A stretch of 52,741 bases of DNA, from contig JAADFO010000048.1 of NCBI GenBank assembly GCA_013152815.1, positions 1 through 52,741 on the forward strand, written 5' to 3'. Both the position numbers and the translations under genes were made by a program. Below are positions 27,064 through 39,900 of this stretch, one piece after another. Positions within the stretch are counted from its first letter, which is position 1. The number at the start of each line of letters is the position of its first letter. Source of the stretch: Nanobdellati archaeon (GTDB taxonomy: Archaea > Nanobdellota > Nanobdellia > Woesearchaeales > JAADFO01). The notes below the pieces were generated by a model. It ran no database searches. It was not told where the DNA came from and saw only the letters and a list, made by a program, of their open reading frames with translations.

Positions 27064-27301
27064 CTTATCTAATAAGTATAATAACAAAAACTTTATAAAT
27101 CATTTTTATCTGATAAGAAGATAAATCCATAAAGACTTATTTGATGAGACTTTTCATGACCTGTTGGGGACAAAAGGAACATCATCAAACAGAGGAAATC
27201 CAGAAGAATAGCATCGAGAAAAACACTTATCTGATAAGAAAATACTAAGTCATCATGAGACAGCACACAGGAAGAATATGAAAAGATACTTATATGATAA
27301 G
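27064..27301. promoter_or_regulatory. Array of five CTTATC-N-GATAAG palindromes around a TATA box
   Basis: 27064 CTTATCTAATAAG, 27105 TTTATCTGATAAG, 27136 CTTATTTGATGAG, 27226 CTTATCTGATAAG (perfect), 27289 CTTATATGATAAG. BRE/TATA AAAAACTTTATAAA at 27086-27099. Confidence 0.75.
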
Positions 27302-27367
27302 AGTCCATAAATCCCTGATTTCCTGATTAAGCACACCCAGACCAGCTCTGGCAGTTGATATTTGTGC

Positions 27368-27997
27368 ATGAAGAGCAAAGACATCAACGAAACCCCTGAA
27401 GCGACGTCAAAAACGACAAAAATGAGGGATAGTGAGAGACAAAAGAGTGAGGTTTCCCGTAGCGTCAGCATCCAGCAGCCGATGACGAATGAAGCGAATG
27501 GACCGCTCCATCTCCTTCTTGACCTTCTTGAAAAGAAGCATCACATCAGCTACAGCGAACTCATCACCCTCCTTCAGAAGAGACAGGAAGAACAGCTGAA
27601 GGGGCGTGTCCCTGCAAGACTCTTCGCAGACCGGAAGCTGGGCGTTCTCGAGATCCTGGTACGATACCTGAAAGACCACCGGCAGATGTCCTTCAAAGAG
27701 ATCGGAAAGATCATCCAGAGGGACAACAGGACCATCTGGGCGTCTTACCATAACGCCTGTCAGAAGCGACAGAAGATGCAGCTTCCAAAAAAGCCGCAGA
27801 TCTACATACCGCTCGTATCGTTCGCTGACCGAAGGCTCGGACCTGCAGAGAACGTCATCTATCATCTCCATGCCAAGGAACAGATTCCCTTCTCCAGGAT
27901 CGCAGAACTTCTCAGACGTGATCCCCGGACAGTCTGGACAGCATTTGCCCATGCAAAAAAGAAAATGAACAGCAGAGAGGATGCCGATGCTGCATAG
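27368..27997 (+). CDS. Tandem helix-turn-helix DNA-binding protein
   Basis: Internal duplication: VPARLFADRKLGVLEILVRYL...SFKEIGKIIQRDNRTIWASY and IPLVSFADRRLGPAENVIYHL...PFSRIAELLRRDPRTVWTAF. Start uncertain. Overlaps the giant gene start. Confidence 0.8.
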   Translation: MKSKDINETPEATSKTTKMRDSERQKSEVSRSVSIQQPMTNEANGPLHLLLDLLEKKHHISYSELITLLQKRQEEQLKGRVPARLFADRKLGVLEILVRYLKDHRQMSFKEIGKIIQRDNRTIWASYHNACQKRQKMQLPKKPQIYIPLVSFADRRLGPAENVIYHLHAKEQIPFSRIAELLRRDPRTVWTAFAHAKKKMNSREDADAA

Positions 27998-30900
27998 AAA
28001 GATACGCAGTCGGATAAGCAGCCTGAAGAGACCGCAGTCTTTGCTGCTGCTGGCGCTTATCATACTGTCAGGCATCTCGGTCTACACCACCATGACCGGG
28101 GCGATCAACTATCCTCCGAACGATTCTCTGGCGACCATCCTGCCCAACAACAGCGACCTGCCCGTCCTAGCGCTCCTGAACCAGAGCGATGGCGGAAAGA
28201 AGAACATCCCAGAGAAGAACAGCGAAGGAAACCAGAACCTGAACAGCAATGCATCCACAGCACCCCTCCAGCAGGAACCGTCTCAAGAACCGTCCATCAC
28301 CATCACCCAACAGGATGCCCAGATAGGGAGGCCTGTCAGATGGGAAATGCGTATCGAGAATATCGGGAATCCGGCAGGTCCTTCAGGAGATACAGGACCC
28401 TCGGAGGATACGACACCTATCCTGCTGCCGATCCCGCCGGATGCAGAGAACATCACGCTCCTTGAAGGAAGCAACGTGACGATGAGCCAGGGAAACAGTA
28501 CAGACAACGTCTCTGTTGCATCCGGCAAGGCTGCCCAAGGAAGACAGCAGGTGAGCGTCCGGATGGACAAGGGAGAACAGGCCATCATCAGCTACCAGAC
28601 TCCCGCACCTTACATCAGCGAGAAAGATGTCCGTGAAGATGGTGCCCTGAAGAAGGAGATCATCATAGGATCCGACGCGAGCGTCCATTATTCCAACGTC
28701 CATGTCCAGACAGAGCTCATCAATGCCACCCAGGAAAGCGTCCGTCTTTACCATCAGGAAACGATGCCCGATGCCAGGGGAGAGGACATCACCAGAATGG
28801 TGGAGGTCACCGAAGACCCCGCATATCTCCTGACCTTCCTCGACCTTGACCAGGACGGAAAATACGACCAGATAGACTGGGTCGTCCCCCGGCTCAGCGA
28901 ACAACATTTCCTTCTGGTCCAGCGGCTCAACGGAAATTCCCCGAGCATAAGGCTCTACAGGGAACAGGCATCGGGGATAGGCACGAACAACCAGATGACA
29001 GTCACGCTCGTGCTGCATAACAACAACAGCGTGAACATCAGCAATCTGGCGATCACCGAGAGCGTGCCTTCCGGATGGACTCCCTTCAACCTGCCGAACG
29101 GCACCAACATGACCTTTGACATGGCAAACAACAGAACCCTGCTTTCCTTTTTCCTCGATCTTTCCGCAGACAGGACCAGACCCCTCATCTATGACGTCTC
29201 CTCACCTCCCTCTGAAGGGACAGGACTGTTCATCGCCACCGCAGGAGGCAGGACCATCGCAAGCCAGCTTGTCGAGGTAAACAGCAGCCGCGCCTTCTTC
29301 GAGACCATCCTGACCTTAGAGCAGCAGAACGATACCAACAACGCTGATAACCGCACCGGTGGGAACACGACCAACACCTCTGCCAGCAGCCCCGCCCAAA
29401 CATCCACCTACCGGACCATCGACAACGAACATCTCTATCCGCTTCACTTCAAGGTCATCAACAGGGGAGCATCCCAGAACCGCTATCCGACATTCTTCTA
29501 CTGGATCCACAACAGCTCAAAATGGCAGGTCCAGAGACGCCTGATGGAAGGGTCGTGCCCTGGAGCGTCTGTCGTTCCCTACCGGGATAAGAAGGCGCTC
29601 AGATGCATCTGGCAGACGTTCCCTGCAGGTACCAGCAAGGAATTTACCATATGGATCAGCGGAAAACAGCCAGTTTCAGAAGAGCTCATGCTGCTCAACA
29701 TCACCTATGACCCCCCAACATACCAAGACGGCGATGATGCCGAGACCGATAAGGGACAAACAGACAAGACAGACAGAGGGAACATCATAGGACGAGCAAT
29801 CAGGTCCATCTTCAGCATCATCAGACAAGGATTCGTCGATATCATCGGATACATCACCGATCTGTTCAAGGGCAACAGCACGGGCAACAGGCAGCAAGGC
29901 ATCACCGGACGGATCGTCGGAACCGCCCCTCAGGGGACAGCACAGGGTTCTCTTCCCGCGCAGACCAACGGCAACGCCGACCAGAACAACAATCCGGCGA
30001 CCTTTCCCGAAAACGGCGGAAGCGGCGTACTGCCAAGCGGCAATCCGATCATACCGATACAGAATCCGTCCGGGACCACCCTTCCCACACAGAATGCCGC
30101 GCTCCCCTCTGGACCGGTCCCCTTCCGACAGCAGCCCATCGATAACAGCATCGGCCCCACCGGTGGTCGTGGACCCGGAGAACCCATCGGAGGACCTGGA
30201 CCCGCACCACAAAGACCGCCAAGACTTCAGAAGATCTGGTACTCCACCACCCAGCAGGTTTACCTGAGGACACGACCATGGGCAGCACCGCCGCAGGGAG
30301 AACCCCCCATCATGCTGACGTTGCGGGATGCATCACGCAGGATCATACCACGAAGGATACTCCGGGCCATACCCGTCGGTCCAGAACAGTACGACCTGGA
30401 GATAGAGCTCGGCATGAAACAACTCAGGAATATCCAGTTCAAGGACATCCACATCAAGGCGAACCAGAGCCTGGACCTGGGCATCGAGGAACTGGAGAAG
30501 AACAACACTCCGCGCATAGGCTTCCAGAGCGCCATCAGCGGCTTTGCCATAGATCCCACAAGGTTGAACTTCACCAACGCAAGCTTCACCTTCGTCGCCT
30601 CAGGAAACGTCCTCTACAAATGCGTCGCCTGGAACTTCACCGAACAGACCTGCGAAGGGAACTGGAAAAAATATCAGGACATTGTTCCGGGAAAGGAATA
30701 CACGATCCTGTTCACCCCGGACGATCCGGGATATGCAGAGACAGGAGTGGCATCCATCAACACGAAAAAGCCGATATATCATCCCAACGAGACCGCAGAG
30801 ATCATCATGGTGGTATTGGACAGGGAAGGACACCTGGCAGAAGGAGCGAACGTCACGCTCAACATCACCCTGCCTAACGGCACGGTCTCCACCCGCACTA

Positions 30901-33900
30901 CCGGAACAGGACAGGGGTCTGGACAGGGCGCAGGAGAAGGGCTCATCACCGAGACCAGCAGAGGCATCTACCGGACCAACTTCACGCAGACGGACCTGGA
31001 AGGAAACTACTCGCTCGATGTCAGCGCCGTCGGAACGGGAGTGAACAACAGCATGCATTCTTTCTTCTCCGTCAGAGCATTCTACGAGTTCGACATCCTC
31101 AGGGACATGCCGGTCACCATGGACCCCTGGAGAGGCCCCTACACGGCAAAGGTGACCATCAGCTCCTACATCAACGTGACCAGCTTCGACTTCACCGAGG
31201 TCATCCCGGGGAACTTCTCGATCAACGATGCAGGAGGAGCAGAGGTGAGCCAGGCAAACGGCTCCTGGCATCTCTTCTGGAAAGGCCTCAGCGACGGCGC
31301 TCACATAAGCTACCGGGCACGGCCGCCGCTCTACAGCCCGGACCTCTATGAGATAGGACCTTCTTTTGTAGATTATGTCTTTGGAAACCAGAGCAGGACC
31401 TTTGAGGAAGCACGACCGTGGTACCTGGCCGTCGACCCTGAACAAGGTCTCTGTGCACCAAACTGTCCGACCCACGTGAAGGCAGAGACCGGCACCATCT
31501 ATCTCTCGGGAACCACCAACACGGCAAGCCTGACCAACTCCTACAACATCAGCAAGGCATTCATCATCAGACGTTACGCCATGTACATCAGCGACGCGAC
31601 GCAAGAACCCGACGGGGGAACGGCGACCATACGATGGTCCAACTGCAACGGTGACATCTGCGACCAGCTCACCGCCACAAGGATAGCAGGCGATGCAGAG
31701 GATGCCATCGTCTCCTATTCCATCCTCCAGGCAGAGAACATCAGGACCTGGAACTTCAGCATCAGCTGGGCAACCGGACAGAACACCGCGACCTTTGACC
31801 CGAACCCTGACCTTCCGGCAGACTGGTCCTCCAAATGCTTCGTCAACGTCTACCGGGCAACGAGGATAAGCTCGGCCACGGTCAGCGATTTCGCCGAGGC
31901 AGAGGTACGGAGCAACATCACAGCAGCGAACAACATCGACTTCGGCAGGGACGGAGAGGATGGAGGAAGTCCTGCGGCAGGCACCACCTACGGGGAAGTA
32001 ATCTGCTTCCGTGACACGACGGCGGTCCAGCAGATCAACTTTGCCATGGGCGAATCAGAACCGCATACCGACAATGTTCCCATCAGTTCGGTGAATGTCT
32101 CCAACAGCTGGGAGATCCACAATCATCGACAGCCGGACGACGGCGTCGGACAGAATTCGGTACTGGGCAACATCACCAGCCCCACCAACCTTCAGCTCTA
32201 CTATGCAGAGACCGGACAGACCGCAGCAGGAGACCAGCCCCAGCTCACCGCCTACATCATCGAACACGAGGCCGACAAGGGAGCGAGGGTCAGGAACGTG
32301 AGGATAAGTCCCGGCATTACCGACCAGAACATCACCACCACCATCAGCCCGCCGGTGACCGACCTCAACAATACCTTGCTCAGCTGCTACAACAGCATGG
32401 CAGCAGGAGGAGGGACCGCCCACACGAGGGATTACTGGGCCAACCGGTTCGTGGATGCAAGCACCATCAACAGCATCAACTACCGCACCCGCGCAACCGG
32501 CCAGACCAGCCTCATCAACTGCTACATCGTGGAATGGCCGACAACCACCAGCCTCGAGCTCGGTGAGGCACCGCCCAACACCACGCTCGTCCAGCCCGCG
32601 GACAATGCACTGCTGAACAGCAGGAACATCAACTTCACCTTCAACGTCAGCACGGATGACAGGATCATCAACTGCTCGCTCTACACCAATGCGACAGGAA
32701 GTTTCCTCCTCACCCAGAAGAACCAGACAGCCATCGTCAACGGCACCATCAACGGCATCAACCACACGTTCTCCCAGGACGCCACCCTGTCCTGGAACGT
32801 GGAATGCAGAGACCTGAGCAGCGCCGCATTCTCCTCAACAAACAGGACCCTCACCATGGATGCTACGCCCCCCTCCTTCCCGCTCATCCAGATAGGACCT
32901 GATCCCGCTGAATACGGCAGAGAGAACGTCTCAGTGAACTGGACAGCAAGCGACATAAGGTTCAACAGCACCTGGGCCAACGTAAGCTATCCCAACGGGA
33001 CCACCCTGGCCGTCTTCCTGCAGAACTTCACCCTCACGGCCGCTAATCTCAGTGTCATAGGGAACTTCAGCATCATCATCTACGCGAACGACAGCCTGGG
33101 CAACACGAACAGCAGCACCAACGTCCTGATCGTTCAGGACAGCCTTGCCCCGAACATCACCTTGTTCCTGCCAGTGAACGCGAGCTTCGACAATGATGGA
33201 AACATCAACTTCACCTATAATGTCAGCGATGTCTCTCCGATCGCGAACTGCAGCCTCTTCTTCGGCAGCACACGGGTAGACACCAACAACAGCATCAACC
33301 CGGATATCACCCAGCAGTTCGTCCGGACAAACCTTGCAGCAGTCACCTATGACTGGAACGTCTCCTGCTATGACGGACAGGGGAACCCCGGCAGCTCAGA
33401 TGTGTGGAGCGTGACAGTTGACAAGACCAGCCCGACAATAGCCCTGCACCAGCCGGACGACGGGGCATGGAGCGACACATCCCAGGTGCAGATGAACTAC
33501 ACCCCCAGCGATGCCTATCTGGAGAGCTGCAGGCTCTGGGCCAACTTCTCCGGAACCTGGATGGTCAACCAGACCAACAGCAGCCCTGCTTCAGGAGCGG
33601 CCAACCGCTTCCAGCCGCTCATCCTCAATGACGGAAGCTATCTCTGGAACGTGGAATGCAACGATTCGGCAGGAAACACCCAGTCTGGAGCTGCCAACCG
33701 GAGCCTGCATGTGGATGCAGGCAAACCAACGGTCCAGTTCGTCTTTCCCACGCCGCAGAACAACAGCAACCTGAGCGTGAACTCGGTCGTCATCAACATC
33801 TCCCACAACGAGGCCAACCCGGACACGCTCATCCTGTCCTGGAACGGCAGCAACCAGTCAAGACCCTACGCAGGAAGCTACACCAACATCACCGAAAGTC

Positions 33901-36900
33901 CGCTCGATGACGGAACCTACCGGTTCTTTGCGGTCGTCAACGACAGCTCCAACAACATCAACCAGACCGAGACGAGACTCGTCCGGATCGACACGAAAAG
34001 TCCGATCCTCACCCTGCTAGGACCAGAGAACGACAGCTGGCAGACATCCTCGCTCACCCGGTTCTTCTACAACACGAGCGATGCCTTCCTCGGCGTCATG
34101 AACTGCAGCCTGTACGCAGACGGAATCCTCAACCATACCAACACGAGCATCGAAGAAGGGATATCGCAGAACTTCAGCGTCTCTTTCGCTTCAGGCAACC
34201 ACAACTGGAGCGTCCGTTGCGAGGACAGGACCAGCAACCAGAACCAGACCGAGACCCGCATCCTCAAGACCGACCTGACCTTCCCCCAGATGAACGGAGA
34301 GCAGGTCAACGGAACCAGCTTCACCATCAACAGCCGCATCTGTCTCAATGTCACCGTGACCGATACCTATTCAGGAACAAGCCAGGTACTTGCCCAGATC
34401 GACCATCCTCAGAGCGGTCTTGTCAACATCAGCCTCTCCAACGCCACAGGAGGCTGCGGCAACGCAGGAGGAGACGTCTATAGCACCGCGCTCCTCAACG
34501 ACGAGGCAGGCCAATACAACTGGACCCTGACCTTTGCTCAGGATAACGCCGGCAACATCCAGACAAGCATACCGTCAAGCCCACTCGAGTGGAACGTCTC
34601 TGCGAACAACAACATGGAATCAGCCATGCTCAGTCCTGTCAGCAACAGGCTATTGAATGAATCCGAGACTGCAACCAACTATTCCATCTCCCAGACCTGC
34701 CAGGCATCATGCACAGCAGGAAACTGCATCGATGTGGAACTCACTCCCCAGTTCCATAACAGCACCTGGAATGACATCACATCGACAACCGGACAGCTGA
34801 ACAACCCGAACGGCACAATATCCTGCGGAAACCTCACCGGCAACCCTGACGCCTGGTGGAACTCCTCCTGGAACCATCGGGAACCCATCAACCTGTCGGT
34901 GCCGAGCGGATCGACCCCGCAGGATTTCCAGGTACAGCTCATCCTGAACAGCACCACCGTCGGCAGCGGCTTCAACTGGAGCAGGAGCTGTGCAGACATG
35001 AGATTCATCAACATCAGCAGCAACACGGTCATCAGCCATTTCATATCTTCCTGCAGCCAGACAGACCAGAATGCCTCTGTCTGGATCAAGGTGCCGGGAA
35101 GCATCACCACCAACGCATACATGATCTATATGTACTACGACAACCCGGATGCCGCCTCGACATCGAACGGGACAGCCACCTTTGAATTCTTCGATGACTT
35201 CAGCGGTGACCTCAGCAAATGGGATGTCCGTGACCCTGACATCTCCATCATCTCCGGCTATCTCGAGATCGCAGGAGGAAGCACCAGCTCACCCTACGGC
35301 CATGCGGTCCTCGGCTCCAACACCACCTACACCGGTTTCCAGGACGGCATCATCGAGATGGACCTCTACCTCACCACCAATTCCATCGCAGAGATAGGCA
35401 TGCGGGGCGACCCGGCAGCCAACACAGGCTACAAAGGACGATTCGACGCAAGAAGCGGCCAGGGCATGAGCTATCTCAAGCCGCCCTACGCAGGATGGGG
35501 TTTCTGGACCGGCAGCGGCCCTGACGGCAACGCAGTCCCCACCGGCAGCTGGATACCCATAAGACTCCAGGTCAACAGCACCTCTTTCCGGAGCTGGAGG
35601 GGCACCACAAGCTTCACCTCCAGCCCAGACAGCCAATACACCGGCCCGGGAGAGATATCGCTCCAGAACCACTACGGAACCTATTCCCGGTTCGACAATG
35701 TCCGGGTCAGGAAGTACAGCGCCGCAGAACCCGCAAGCAGCACAGGCGGGGAGGAGACCTATGTGGGGGCGAGCAACATCACCACCTGCAACGCGACCTT
35801 CACCATCATCAGCGGGAAGCATGCAGGGAACAACACCTGGCCCATCCGCTGCATCGCCAGATCCCAAAGCGCACCCAACGCCTACAGCAACGGACAAAAC
35901 CTCACCATCAACGACCATCCCACCGCAGGCATCAGCCAACCCCTCGACAGCACCTGGCTGGACGGGGAATTCCTGCTCAACGCATCGGCCAGCAGCGACG
36001 ATCGAGGGATAAGAAGATATCTTTTCACGCTCGCCAACGACAGCAGCTTCGACAACAGCCAGACCATCTGCGACAGCCTCAACACCATCGCTCCGACAAC
36101 CCCTGAGAACGTCACCTTCTCGGGCAGCTATGGCTATGCTGCAGGGACACAGACCGAGGCAGCAGCAGACGATAACAATTATGTCTTTGTCGGAGACAAC
36201 GCGACAGGGACCTTCACCGCCTACAGCAGCATCAGATACAACATGAGCAGACTGGGCATCAACAGCTCCCGGGTACGCGGGCTCATCTACTCGGTGCGGT
36301 ACTGCCATAGCAGGGACGACTATCCCAACGTCGGCTGCAATGGGAACAGCGCCACCGGAACACCCCAGGGGACACAGGACGTACAGGCGTACAACTACTC
36401 AGGAGGACAGTGGGTCACCCTGGGAGTGCTGCGGACCGACGACAACGGAAATGAACGGACGGACAGCTATCAGGTCAACGGCACCCTCGCCGATTTTGTC
36501 AATGAGACAAGCAATGAGACCTGGATTCGTTACACCATCGACTATCTCAATTTTGTCGACCTTGACGTCAGCTATTTAGTCATCGACCAGGCCATGCTCA
36601 ACATCACCTATGACACCCAGAGCGCCTCCTGCATCTTCAACAGCACCAAGGGAGGGACATGTCCAGAGGAGACGCTCAGCTGCGCCCTCCGTCTCAATGT
36701 GACCGACAATGAAGGACTGAAGAACAGCACCTGGATAACGGTCGGCATCGACAATACCGCCCCTCAGGTCAACCTCACCGATCCGGCGCAGGACGAGATA
36801 CTGACCGGTTCTTCGACGGTCGTGAATGCCACCGCCACCGATGCAGGAAGCGGCATCGATACGGTCTCTTTCCGCTACCGTGCCAATGATACCGATACCT

Positions 36901-39900
36901 GGAAGGACATCTGCGCAGATACAGACCAGAGTCCCCCCTTCAGCTGCGTCTGGGACCTGACCGGGCTCGACGACGGGAACACCTACCAGGTCAGGGTATC
37001 TGCAAATGACACGGTAGGGAATCCCAGCATCAACGACACCAACGTCAACATCACCATCTCCAGGCCCATGAGCATCCTGCTGCTCTCTCCTGACAACCTG
37101 AGCTGGAGCCTCAACCCTGTGGCCTTCCACTACAATGTAAGCCACCCTACCGCAACCGTCACCAACTGCAGCCTCATCCTGGACAACCAGGCCAACCAGA
37201 CCGACCAGACCATCAGCCAGGGGATCGATTCGGTGTTCACCGTCGAAAACATGACCGACGGAAACCATGGCTGGCTGGTCAATTGCACGGACAATATAGG
37301 AAAGGTCTCCGGTTCGGAAGGACGCATCATCAGGATAGACAACAGCTCGCCTTCGCTGAGCATCGACCAACCCATCTCCTACGAGAACATCTCGACAGCA
37401 AGTTTCCTGGTCAATGCGTCGGTGGACGACGGAACCGGCATCGGCATCAACACGACAACCTTTGAATATCGGGAGAATGATACTGCAAGCTGGAGCCTTA
37501 TCTGCCTTGACACGACCGGTCCTGATTACAGCTGCGGCTGGGATACGGGCAGCCTCAGCGAGGGCAAGACCTATGAGGTGAGAGCATGGGCCAACGACAG
37601 CCTGGGAAACACCGGTCCCGTGGACAGCAGCACCAACATCACGCTGGATCGCACGCCTCCTGCGCTGGAACTTCTGGGACCGGAGAACAGCACGCACAAC
37701 ATCAACGGCAGCATCATCTTCACCTACAACGTGAGCGATGCCCTGCTTGGAGTCGCCAACTGCAGCCTGCTGATCAACGAAAGCGTCAATCTCACAGACA
37801 CGAGCATCACCGAAGGAAGCGTCCAGAGCTTCCAGCAACAGTTCGTCAATGCATCCTACCGGTGGGCCGTCCGGTGCAGCGATACCGAAGGCAACAGCAA
37901 CACCAGCGGAACCCGGCTGCTGCTCGTCGCTCCGGACACCGAGGGACCGGCCATCACGTTGCTCTCACCTGCCAATCCGGCCACCGACAGTGACGGAGAC
38001 GTGACGTTCGGATATTCTGTCATCGACGCGCTCTCGGCCATCGCCAACTGCAGCCTCACCCTCAACGGGACGCTCCAGAACACAACAAATGCCCCTGCCC
38101 AGAGCCAGACCAACAGCTTCGTCGTCAACAACCTCAACGACGGGCTCTACTTCTGGAACATCACCTGCACGGACAATGCCACTATCCATAACAGCAACAC
38201 CAGCGAGACGCGGAACCTCACCATCTCCATCATCTCCATCCTCAATGTCTCGGTAACCACGGACAAGGCCAGCTATGAACAGGGCGAATACGCCAACGTG
38301 ACGACCAACAGCACCGATTCCTTCGGCAACCCCATCAACGCAAGCATCTTCACCGACATCCATCGGGGCAACGGCACGACACCCTGGTGGAACTCGAGCT
38401 GGCCCTACCGGACCCAGATCAGTGTGACGGAACAGACCGGCCAGGACCTCCTGGACTACCAGCTGAACCTCACCGTGGACACCAAGACCCTCATAGATGC
38501 GTCCAAGATGAACGCCAACTGCACGGATATGCGTTTTGCCGACGGTCTCACCAATCCGCTCTCCCACTGGATCGAATACGGCTGCAACACTACCTCGACC
38601 AGAGTCTGGGTCAAGGTCAACCTCACTGGAGGGAGCACCAGCACGCTTTCCATGTACTATGGCAATACCTCGGCAGCAAACACCAGCAATGCTTCCTCGA
38701 CGCTGAGACTGGTCGGTCAGGCAGGGATCCTCGAGGTCGACGGCAGCACCCAGAACATCACCCTGAACCATCCGCTGACCAATCCACGGGTCCTGGCCGT
38801 CCCGTTCCTCCAGACCGGCGCCTCACGGTTCGGCAGCGTCACCACCCAGCACCACATGATCACCAACGTGCAGTCCTCTGGGTTCTCCATCACCCAGGTC
38901 GAATCACCCACCGCAGGAGACAGCACCATCGACCTCGGCAACGTCTCCTACGTCGTGCTCGAGAACGGCACCTACTACCTGGGCCTGGGCATGCTCGTCG
39001 AAGTAGGCAGCACCACCTCTGACGGGACCTATGTGACCGTCACCTTCGGCCAGAGCTACAGCACCGATCCCTCGGTGCTCGCCGACACCCAGACCAACAA
39101 TGCAGGATCCAACCAGCTCTACGCAAGAGGCAACCTGCTCACAACGACGAACATCGCGCTGCAGGCAGAGACCGACGACGCAGCCACCCCCAGCCTCTCT
39201 CCGGCAGAGACCCTGGGCTACGGTGTCCTGCCCATCGGCACCGAACCCTACAACCAGATAGAGACCTACACCACAGGAGCGGTGACCGATGAAGTGTGGG
39301 ATTCCTATACGTTCGCCTACACCTACGGGACACTTCCGGCAGTGATCGCCTCCATCAACGACGAGTCAGGAACACAACCCTGCTATGCGGTCACCCGCCA
39401 GGTGACCACCACCGGATTCCAGCTGGCCTGCGAAGAGCCCGCACCCTATGATGGGAGCCATGCCAATGAAGTGGCATCCTGGGCGGTCTTCCCCTCAGGA
39501 GAGATCTACGGCAGGAAATATGCGAGCACCGAACCCAGCTACACCATACAGCAGGAGGACATGCTTGTGGGGACCAACACGAGCGACGCAGGGGACGACG
39601 GGCTCTGGACCTGGCCCTGGAGCACCTATAACATACCTGTCGGGAACTACACGGCAGCCTCCCTGGCATCACGTCAGAGCTACGCAGATGCGACAGGCCA
39701 TAGCTATTTTGAGATCATCCCCGATACCACGTTACCGAGCATTGCGCTCCTGAGCCCGTCCAACGAGAGCTGGACCGTCTCATCGACGCGCCTCTTCACC
39801 TACCTTCCCGTCGACAACAGCCACCATTTCCAGAACTGTTCGCTCATCTTCGATGATGCCATCAACCAGACCAACCAGAGCATACAGGAAGGAAGCAGCA

